A DNA stretch of 11,002 bases, taken from contig NW_021827159.1 in assembly GCF_006345805.1 (NCBI RefSeq), positions 1 to 11,002 on the forward strand, in the 5' to 3' direction. The translations under genes were made by a program, and so were the position numbers. The stretch comes from Octopus sinensis (Eukaryota). The stretch's first letter is position 1, and each line of letters starts with the position of its first letter. Below the pieces are notes generated by a model. The model searched no databases. It saw only the letters and a list, made by a program, of their open reading frames with translations, and was not told the DNA's origin. Positions 1 to 8,189 of this stretch are shown here, one piece after another.

Positions 1-255
1 TTCTGAGGCGTATGTGTTCCCCCACCCCAGCATGGGACGCCAGTCCATCGCAGCGTTACTCAAGAAACAGGAAGAAAGAGTGAGAGAAAGTTGAGGCGAA
101 AGAGTGCAACAGGGGTCTCCACCACCCCCTGCCGGAGCTTCGTGCATTTTTAGGTGTTTTCGCTCAATAAATCCACACAAGGCCCGGTCTGGGAATCGAA
201 ACCGCGATCCTCCGACCGCGTGTCTGCTGCTCTAACCACTGGCCCATTCCACCGC
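1..255 (-). mobile_element. tRNA-derived SINE (family A, resembles octopus OR-type SINEs); 3' end runs off the window
   Basis: Minus strand reads GGAATGGGCCAGTGGTTAGAGCAGC (A-box-like) ... GGTTTCGATTCCC (B box, 191-203), followed by a non-tRNA body. Family name is from recall only. Confidence 0.8.
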
Positions 256-292
256 CACCGGATGTTTATACATTTGAATATATGTGTCTCAA

Positions 293-483
293 AGGCGAGC
301 AGCTGGGCAAAATGCTTGGCGACATTTCGTCCGTCTTGGCCTTTTGGTTCCACTTCCATCGCGTCAGCTTTGCTTTTCATTTTGACAGGGTCGATAGAAT
401 AAGCATCAGTTGAACATTGGGGTCGATATAATCGGCTAGAACCCTCCCCTAAGATTACTGGCCCTGTGCCAAAATTTGGAACC
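293..483 (+). mobile_element. SINE family B copy B1, A box deleted, flanked by a 16-bp target-site duplication
   Basis: Reverse complement of the 580-1240 copies (CATTTCGTCCGTC...GGGTCGATAGAATAAG...GGGGTCGATATAATCGG...GGCCCTGTGCC). Flanks are AATATATGTGTCTCAA (277-292) and AATATATGTATCTCAA (484-499), 15/16 identical. Confidence 0.85.
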
Positions 484-579
484 AATATATGTATCTCAAG
501 CCTCTACATTTACATTTTAATATGTCTTACTATTCTTAGAAACTTGGAATATATTCAAAGTTAGAAAATTTTAAACGTT

Positions 580-768
580 CTTTTCTACTCTAGGCACAAA
601 GCCCGAAATTTTCGGGGAGGGCGCCAGTCGATTATATCGACCCAGGTACGCAAATGGTACTTAATTTACCGACTCCGAAATGCAAAGTGACCTCGGCGGA
701 ATTTGAACTCAGAATGTAACGGCAGACGCAATACTGCTAAGCATTTCACCCGGCGTGCTAACGTTTCT
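580..768 (-). mobile_element. SINE family B copy B2 (tail type I; lacks about 15 nt of the 5' head)
   Basis: Minus-strand B box GTTCAAATTCC (plus strand GGAATTTGAAC); aligns with B3/B4 over head and body; tail TTCTACTCTAGGCACAAAGCCCGAAATTTT. Confidence 0.9.
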
Positions 769-1000
769 TATTTCTTTACTGCCCACAAGGGGCTACACAA
801 AGAGGGGACAAACAAGGATAGATAAACGGATTAAGTCGATTATATCGACCCCAGTGCGTAACTGGTACTTATTTAATCGACCCCGAAAGGATGAAAGGCA
901 AAGTCGACCTCGGCGGAATTTGAACTCAGAACATAAAGACAGACGAAATACTGCTAAGCATTTCACCCGGTGTGCTAACGTTTCTGCCAACTCGCAGCCT
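769..1000 (-). mobile_element. SINE family B copy B3 (tail type II, full head)
   Basis: Minus-strand head AGGCTGCGAGTTGGCAGAAACGTTAGCAC (A-box-like), B box GTTCAAATTCC, body GAGGTCGACTTTGCCTTTCATCCTTTCGGGGTCG; tail on plus strand GCCCACAAGGGGCTACACAAAGAGGGGACAAACAAGG. Confidence 0.92.
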
Positions 1001-1018
1001 CAGAAAATTTTTAATATT

Positions 1019-1240
1019 TATTTATTTATTGCCCTCAGGGGCTAAACAGAGATGGGACAAACAAGGACAGACAAAGGGATTAAGTCGATTACATCGACCC
1101 CAGTGCATAACTGTTACTTATTTAATCGGCCCCGAAACGATAAAAGGCGAAGTTGCTCTTTGAACTCAGAACGCAAAGACAGACGAAATTCTGCTAAGTA
1201 TTTCGCCCGGCGTGCTAACGTTTCTGCCAGCTCGCCGCCT
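1019..1240 (-). mobile_element. SINE family B copy B4 (tail type II), flanked by a 17-bp duplication
   Basis: Colinear with B3, with a small deletion next to the B box. Flanks AGAAAATTTTTAATATT (1002-1018) and AGAAAATTGTAAATATT (1242-1258). Confidence 0.9.
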
Positions 1241-1484
1241 TAGAAAATTGTAAATATTAACATCGACATTGCGTTTTGACGCTTCGATCTAGTTTCCGCT
1301 CAATATCGGATTCCTCGTCCCACAACATGGACGCAATAACAAAATCAATTCGTATCATAATCTTTATTTCTTAAAAACAATCTTATCATTTATACCAATG
1401 CTGCGTTCAGAAAGAGTGTTATTACCTTATATTATATCAGTGAATTTTTCTGTAAATTTTCCTATCTATGTGTGTATGTATTTC

Positions 1485-1510
1485 TGTGTGTGTGTGTGTG
1501 TGTGTGTGTG

Positions 1511-1580
<70 letters not shown>
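1485..1580. repeat. (TG)n microsatellite
   Basis: About 48 TG units with one CGTT interruption near 1511. Confidence 0.98.
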
Positions 1581-1582
<2 letters not shown>

Positions 1583-1640
1583 GATGTATGTAGGACAACG
1601 CTATGCAAGGCCGTCTAGTGAGGCAGAAACACTTACTCAC

Positions 1641-1706
1641 AGCTGTCCCGCTTGCCGCCATAAAAATGACGACCGTTATTTTTAATGACCGTATATTTAA
1701 CGACAT
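1641..1706 (-). CDS. Candidate first coding exon with a signal-peptide-like N-terminus (unconfirmed)
   Basis: AACATGTCG start; encodes MSLNIRSLKITVVIFMAASGTA; followed directly by overlapping donor consensus sequences GTGAGT (1640-1635) and GTAAGT (1636-1631). No homology recognised and no transcript evidence. Confidence 0.25.
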
Positions 1707-1949
1707 GTTAATTCATGATTCCGGGAGATTATCTTCCCCACTTATTTTGGAATCGTTATCTATCACTGCTTGCTGATGGTTTATTTATTTGTTTGTTTGC
1801 CTCCCTGTTTATCATCGCTGAAGAAATGAAGATAATTTCAATAAATCAAAGACTTATCTTCCACAGTATTGAGTATAAATTTCTTCATCAGCAGAGTCTT
1901 CGCTGGCGCTACAAGACATTTTCAGTTATTTTTCTTAATTCTTTCACCC

Positions 1950-2010
1950 TATGTATGTATGTATGTATGTATGTTGTATGTATGTATGTATGTATGTATG
2001 TATGTATGCA
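1950..2010. repeat. (TATG)n/(CATA)n microsatellite at the 3' end of the RLE element
   Basis: Tandem TATG units abutting the element end at about 2011. Confidence 0.95.
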
Positions 2011-2675
2011 TGTCATTATTCAGTTTATTTCAAGATTTCTTGCCAATAGAGAAAGAACCAATTTCTAACCTAGATCCAAGGTTCCTTCACTGGAATTTCA
2101 ACATCAACTACAGGTATTTTTGTATGTATGTATGTATGTATGTATGTATGTATGTATGTATGTATGTATGTATGTATGTATGTATGTATTTATGTATGTA
2201 TGCATGTATGCATGCATGCATGTATGTATGTATGTATGTATGTATGTATGTATGTATGTATGTATATGCAGATGTGTATGTTTTCTTTTATGTATGTATT
2301 TTCATGCATATAGATACATATCTAGACATGCTCATATATATTTAAATTATAAACTTCTGGAAAGTTTTACAAATGTTTACATTGCCAGTGATGGATTGGA
2401 TCTGTAGTCTCCGGATTAGCTTTCTCATTTCTGGTTTTGTGAAGCCTAATTTCTCAAGATTGGTATTTAGAGAGTGTGTTACATATCCCAAGTCTTAGAT
2501 AAATACAGGTATAAAACACACACACACATCTGGGTAGAGTAACTGCAGATTTCTCAATAGTTCAGCATAGGTGTCCTCTTTTTCACTGATCTTTAGCTTT
2601 ATGTTATCATTCGCTGGGCAGCAAATTTCCACAACTATGCACATTTTTTCTTCTCTATCCCAAATCATTGTATCA
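2011..2675 (-). mobile_element. 5'-truncated R4/Dong-like non-LTR retrotransposon (RLE fragment 1) with 3' UTR
   Basis: Decayed ORF 2675-2342 followed by non-coding 3' sequence containing AATAAA (about 2024-2029, minus strand) and an internal (CATA)n at 2121-2267. Clade assignment is by motif resemblance. Confidence 0.75.
2342..2675 (-). pseudogene. C-terminal restriction-like endonuclease domain of RLE fragment 1 (one in-frame stop)
   Basis: Manual translation in one frame: DTMIWDREEKMCIVVEICCPANDNIKLKISEKEDTYAELLRNLQLLYPDVCVCFIPVFI*DLGYVTHSLNTNLEKLGFTKPEMRKLIRRLQIQSITGNVNICKTFQKFII*. This matches the RLE pattern (P)D-x-(I/V)..(D/E)..P..K..K..Y..P(I/V)..GALG. Premature TAA at 2495-2497. Confidence 0.8.
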
Positions 2676-2803
2676 TGTATGTACGGATGTATGTATGTAT
2701 GTATGTATATACGTACATACACACACGTGCGTATGTATATAAATTTATATATATATATTCACATATATACATACACACCAATACACACACACAACACACA
2801 TAT

Positions 2804-2834
<31 letters not shown>

Positions 2835-2853
2835 CATCAGGAAAGGTAAACGT
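2676..2853. repeat. Compound (TATG)n-(CA)n-(TA)n microsatellite
   Basis: TATG units at 2676-2710 abut the truncated 5' end of RLE fragment 1 and grade into CA and TA runs. Confidence 0.93.
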
Positions 2854-2979
2854 ATTGAGCTTTTGTTTAACGTAGGATAACTGTGTTTATTTTATGAGTC
2901 AATGTTATTTTTACTACATCTTTAGTCTTTCAAAATTCCCACCTTCTTTCTCTACGTAAGTTCCAATAAGGGAAAAGTT

Positions 2980-3484
2980 CTCCATTAGTATTCGAGTGGT
3001 TCCAAGCAGTACTGTCTCTGCAAGCGCTCCACCCTTATTGCAGCCCCTATATGTTCCATGTAGTACCTCTCGAGATTTTTGCTCACTGTTCCTAGGGCAC
3101 CGACAATTATTGGTACTACTACCACCTTTTTCATCGACCACAACTGTTTAACTTCCCAAGCTAACCTATCATATCTCTCAACTTTTCATTCTTCCTTATC
3201 GCATACCGTGTTGTCAACTGGGCATGTTATATCTATGATCCAGCATAGTTTACTTTCCTTCTCAATTAAGACTATGTCTGGCTTCCTATTCTTTATCTCA
3301 TGGTCGCACTGAATCATAGATTCTCATAGGACCTTTGCATTTTTTATTTTCAGCGATGCCTTCGGGTTTTTGGTCGTACCAATTTTTTTCTCTGTCAAGT
3401 CCATACTTGTTGCAAAGTGTCCAATGGACAAGCCTAGCTATACTGTCGTGGTGTGTCTTATATATACCTTCTGGGTTAGTGGCG
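2980..3484 (-). pseudogene. Decayed R4/Dong-like RLE domain (RLE fragment 2, a different family from fragment 1)
   Basis: Translation across frameshifts: TPLTQK/YKTHHDSIARLVHWTLCNKYGLDREKNWYDQKPEGIAENKKCK/MIQCDHEIKNRKPDIVLIEKESKLCWIIDITCPVDNTVCDKEE*KVERYDRLAWEVKQLWSMKKVVVVPIIVGALGTVSKNLERYYMEHIGAAIRVERLQ/TVLLGTTRIL. Contains the RHD-like motif (3445-3453), RKPDI (3273-3287), IID.CP, K..RY and PIIVGALG; stop at 3186-3188; about 3 frameshifts. Confidence 0.88.
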
Positions 3485-3510
3485 TTATTATTATTATTAT
3501 TATTATTATT
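3485..3510. repeat. (TTA)n/(TAA)n microsatellite
   Basis: 26 bp of perfect TTA units between RLE fragment 2 and the 3511-4002 element. Confidence 0.97.
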
Positions 3511-4002
3511 GAGTGAGCGAGCAGAGCATGCCATCAAAGTGACACTGGGGTAAAATATACGAAGCCCAGTATACCCATCATGACTACCCGTCTGATAAGG
3601 GTACACCAGGCACATGCATCACAACCATATGTGCGCGACATGGTGATCTCATATCAAGATAAACAGCACATGACCTTGCAGGTGGAGCCCAGTTAGAATT
3701 TTTTTCACATCGAGTAACCTATCCCGCTCAAAAGGTCCCTGAATAAGGGTTGTTTAAGGACGTTGAACGAAACACCCATGTTTCCAGAGGTGAATTATTC
3801 AAACCCCAAAGAATCCTTCTCAACACATGGCTATGATGCTCCCCCACTACTTCTGCTCGTGATCAGAGATGCACATATCGTCAGCCACCGAGGGACATGG
3901 TCAACTGGTTAAAGTCAAACAACTGACAAGCAAATCTGTGGTATTGAGCAGAATATTTGTTGTAGCCCATCTTTTATACCAAGACAAAACAATGTACATG
4001 AT
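3511..4002 (-). mobile_element. Probable interspersed non-coding retroelement segment (LINE 3' UTR or non-autonomous element) bounded by (TAA)n
   Basis: About 490 bp of complex sequence with sharp boundaries against TTA runs on both sides; the minus strand ends CTCACTC-(AAT)n like a retroposon tail; no convincing ORF. It resembles a recalled octopus repeat, which is unverified. Strand is inferred from the tail. Confidence 0.5.
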
Positions 4003-4004
4003 AT

Positions 4005-4050
4005 ATTATTATTATTATTATAATTATTATTATTATTATTATTATTATTA
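4005..4050. repeat. (TTA)n microsatellite
   Basis: About 15 units with one interruption. Confidence 0.97.
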
Positions 4051-4379
4051 GTCCTGATTCCCATATAGTATGTTCTAGAAGAAAGCAAAAGCAGTGAATA
4101 TGCTCTTGTGTTTTATCAGTGAGGATAGCGAAAGGGTTTCGGTCCCGGTCAGTAACCTTTCTCCTTGTCTGTTCTATCAATTCTATTTTTATTTTATTTT
4201 ATTCTGTCTTAGCTTATTTTTTTTTAAATTTTAATTATTTTTTTTTGATTCTCAGTTTTGTTATTTTAAGCATTTTGGGGGGTTTTTTGTTGTTGTTCAT
4301 TTTTATTTTCGTATCTACACATTCTTTTCTTATCTCTCCAAAGTTCGCAGAGGCAAAAGTGGAAAAATGCCACCAACCG

Positions 4380-4978
4380 CCAACACCACCACTAACACTA
4401 CTACCACCTCTACGATCATGCTGCTGCTACTACTACGACTACTACTACTAGTACGGTACTACTGCTAACTACTGCTGCTGCTGCTGCCACTACCACCACC
4501 ACTACTACTACAATGATAGTGATGGTGTTGGTGGTGGTGGTGGTGGTCATGGTCGTGGTGGTGGTGGTGGTGGTGGTAGTGGTGGTGGTGGTGGTGGTGG
4601 TGGTGGTGGTGGTGGTGGTGGTGGTGGTGGTGGTGGTGGTGGCGGTGCAGATAGCGGTGCGTGTGGTGGAGCTAGTGGCATGCTGGTGGTTGTTGGAATA
4701 GAGCTACTGTTACTATTGGTGGTGGTGGTGGTGGTGGTGGTGGTGATGATGGTGATGGGGATGGTGGTAGCGATGGTTTCGGAATATTGGCGTTGTTGCT
4801 GTTGTTGTCGGTGGTAGTGGTGGTGGTGGTCGTCGTCGTCGTGGACGTGTTGATGGTAGTGGTGGTGGTGGTATTAGTATTGCTGTTGCTGTAGTTATCG
4901 TTAGTGGTGGTGATGGTGGTGGTGGTGGTGGCGGCGGCGGCGGCGGCGGGGCGATGGGATTTGGCAGTGGTGGTGGTG
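4380..4978. repeat. Compound trinucleotide region: (ACC/ACT/GCT)n switching to (GGT/AGT/GTT/GGC)n
   Basis: ACT/ACC runs at 4380-4511, a long GGT run at about 4526-4640, then degenerate GGT/GTC/GGC runs. Confidence 0.95.
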
Positions 4979-5039
4979 TCGATAACGATGAATTTCTTTC
5001 CTTATCTCCACAGAGTTCAAGAAGCCAAAATACAAAATG

Positions 5040-5105
5040 TTACTACTACTACTACTACTACTCCTCCTCCTACTACTACTACTACCACTACCACTACTAC
5101 TAGTA
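5040..5105. repeat. (ACT)n with CCT/ACC variants
   Basis: Tandem ACT units ending in ACTAGTAAGT. Confidence 0.93.
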
Positions 5106-5264
5106 AGTATGTTGATAAACAAACAGTAATGGTTAATCAAACAGACGGAATGGCAACACTGCGCTGTTGAACATTTCAGACCCGCAAGAATCTTCAAGTT
5201 CAGAAAGAGAAAAAAAAGTGTGCTGTTCTGGTCTTTATGCATTACCACAAGTCACAATGACTAT

Positions 5265-5277
5265 ATACATACATACG

Positions 5278-5328
<51 letters not shown>

Positions 5329-5345
5329 CATACATATATATATAT

Positions 5346-5416
<71 letters not shown>

Positions 5417-5424
5417 TATATATA
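5265..5424. repeat. (TA)n microsatellite with CATA interruptions
   Basis: Long TA run continuous with the 3' side of the SINE at 5425-5589. Confidence 0.97.
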
Positions 5425-5589
5425 TACGACGGCTTCTTTCAGTTTCCGTCCACCAAATCCACTCATAAGGCTTTGGTCGGCCCGAGGCTATATTAGAAGA
5501 CACTTTCCCAAGGTGCCACGCAGTGAGACTGAATCCGGAACCATGTGGTTGGCAAGCAAGCTGCTTACCACACAGCCACTCCTGCGCCT
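5425..5589 (-). mobile_element. tRNA-derived SINE 5' half (resembles the octopus OK-type SINE) ending in (TA)n
   Basis: Minus strand: AGGCGCAGGAGTGGCTGTGTGGTAAG (A-box-like) ... GGATTCAGTCTC (decayed B box) ... CCTTGGGAAAGTGTCTTCT (CORE-like start) ... GGAAACTGAAAGAAGCCGTCGTATA. Family name is from recall. Confidence 0.82.
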
Positions 5590-5789
5590 ATATATATGAA
5601 GTTATTTTGGAAAGGGAGAGATATAAGAAGTATAAAGCGATATATGAGAACAAAATATATGTTGAATGTTAAAATTGGTGTCTCATTATCCAACGAATGT
5701 GTTGTGTAGAATGGATGAAGAGGGTCCTTGTCCATGGTATGTAAATTTCGATATGCGTGTTTCTGTTTCTGACCCCTTTTTTTCTTTCT

Positions 5790-5818
5790 GTTTCTCTCTC
5801 TCTCTCTTTCTCTCCCTT

Positions 5819-5849
<31 letters not shown>

Positions 5850-5858
5850 CTGTGTGTT
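5790..5858. repeat. (CT)n-(TG)n compound microsatellite
   Basis: CT run followed by a TG run. Confidence 0.93.
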
Positions 5859-6774
5859 CCCGTACGCAAAAAGCATCAGTACACGTGCGGAATGTGAGAT
5901 ATGGCTTATAAGATATTTCGATGTTTAGACGCAGAACTGCACTACTGCTATTTCAGAGGCAGAGAAAAACAAACACTCCCGCTCTTCTGGATATAATGAT
6001 TATGATTAATGAACCGGTCACGACTTCTTGCTGTATCTCATTGCAGCTGAATGAAGGTCCTGTATTCGCAATAACATTGTTATCCGTAAATTAAACTGAG
6101 TTTCGTTTTGGCAGACGTGCTGGTTCCTACAACGCAGCAGTTTCACTTTCCTGTCTACGTTCGTAGACTGTTGAATTTAGCTTAATTGATTTGTCCGTCA
6201 AGTTACTTCATGCTGAAAATTGCGAAGGAGGATGAAATAGTACTCTACATATGTACCAGTGACTAAAACACTTTAAAAACGTCCTTTTATCTAACAGAAA
6301 ATAAATTACAGATAAAAATTAAATAAGGACGAGATTTAACTTAATTTCAATTATATATCGAATATCGATTCTTTTCTTTTTAATGGTAAATTCACATGAA
6401 GAAAACCACAAATTTCTTTTATTTTTTTACTTGTTTCTGTTCTTGGACTCCCGTCATGCTCGAGCTCTGTCCTGAAGGGTTTAGTTTAAATAATTTAGTA
6501 TATATTCTGTCGGTGTCCTTTTACGAACTGCTACGTTACGCAGTGATATTAGATATATATAATATTATATTTGATACTGTGTAGTCTGACATTTATGTTA
6601 TCATGTCACGTCAGTTGTATGTCACTAAAGCGACTTAGTATTAGACTAATAATTGGGATAGTCGTAAGGTGTATTTGTCACTTTGGTGCAATGATGATCA
6701 TAGCTACATGGTTCATAGCTGACGCGAAGTTCGAATTCTGTAGGCGATTATAAAATAATGTTATGCCCTTTATA

Positions 6775-6975
6775 ACACACATACACACACACACACGCAT
6801 AGGCGCATACAGACCCACGTTCACATATCCATATCCATATACATATATATATATGCATATGTGTGTATGTGAGTGTATACATATATACATACATACATAC
6901 ATACATATATATATATATGTGCGTGTGTGTGTGTGTGTGTATGAAATATGTATATATATGTATAAATATATATAT
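6775..6975. repeat. Compound (CA)n-(TA)n-(CATA)n-(TG)n microsatellite
   Basis: Alternating purine-pyrimidine runs visible directly. Confidence 0.92.
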
Positions 6976-7269
6976 AAGAATTTTTTGCGTAATGAAATAA
7001 AAAACCAAGGCTGTGTAGATATAAGAACATTTATAGATATGTTTTAGAGCTGTTTCCAGGATATTTATTAATTATATCCCTTCATCGGAGACGGGTGTGA
7101 GAGGATGGTTAAGTAATAACTAATTTAGATAGGATACAAAATAGAGAGTGAGGTGGAGGAAAGAAAATAGATGTGAGATATGTAGGGATATTGAATTTGT
7201 AGATCCATTTTTTAGGCAGAATGGTATAATAGTAAAATTCCAATACCTTACGAGTAAAAACAAACAGTA

Positions 7270-7785
<516 letters not shown>

Positions 7786-7949
7786 ACACAGAAAAACTAG
7801 ATATGGGCGAAATGAATTGACAGAATGGCGTAGTTCGTAAATATCTGGGGCAGAAGAACACAGGTCGCGTCTATCTTGAGAGACACACAGTCTATCTCTG
7901 TGTGTGTGTATTTGTGTGTATGTAATACAGATAAATACAGACTCTTCAC

Positions 7950-7958
7950 TGTATAATA

Positions 7959-8003
<45 letters not shown>

Positions 8004-8020
8004 TATGTATATATATATAT
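7950..8020. repeat. (TA)n microsatellite
   Basis: TA run with few interruptions. Confidence 0.95.
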
Positions 8021-8150
8021 TGGATAGACCCAGTTTCTGTCTATCTTCTTCCAACAAGCTGAAGTCTATATATGCGCGGCATCCTGATAACAGAAATCTG
8101 TTGTACCGTTTTTCATGCCTCGATGTTTGAGTAGTAACAGAAATGGTATA

Positions 8151-8189
8151 ACTACTACTACTACAACTACTACTACTACCTACTACTAC

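Noticed and set aside
191-255. tRNA gene calls for the SINE heads (also 5520-5589 and 8606-8655)
   Set aside because: A/B boxes are present, but I could not fold a complete cloverleaf with an acceptor stem, and each continues into a SINE body.
755-1243. Similar ORFs repeated in tandem, and a possible CRISPR-like or tandem gene array
   Set aside because: These are adjacent SINE copies with A/B boxes and TSDs. The units are about 200-240 bp with no repeat-spacer architecture, and the context is eukaryotic.
1869-2407. MYVC-repeat ORFs on the plus strand
   Set aside because: Translations of (TATG)n. The real coding remnant is the RLE pseudogene on the minus strand.
4513-5248. Poly-V, poly-T, poly-H and poly-S ORFs
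   Set aside because: Trinucleotide microsatellite read-through with no splice or homology support.
6153-6168. Hairpin as a Helitron 3' end or intrinsic terminator
   Set aside because: No CTRR at the expected distance on either strand and no following T-run.
7041-7051. GTTTTAGAGCT, identical to the start of type II CRISPR repeats and the sgRNA scaffold
   Set aside because: A single 11-nt match with no continuation, no array and no cas genes; expected by chance in AT-rich DNA.
7790-7900. Short complex island between microsatellites as a possible exon
   Set aside because: Open frames exist on both strands but donors are non-consensus and no protein motif is recognisable.
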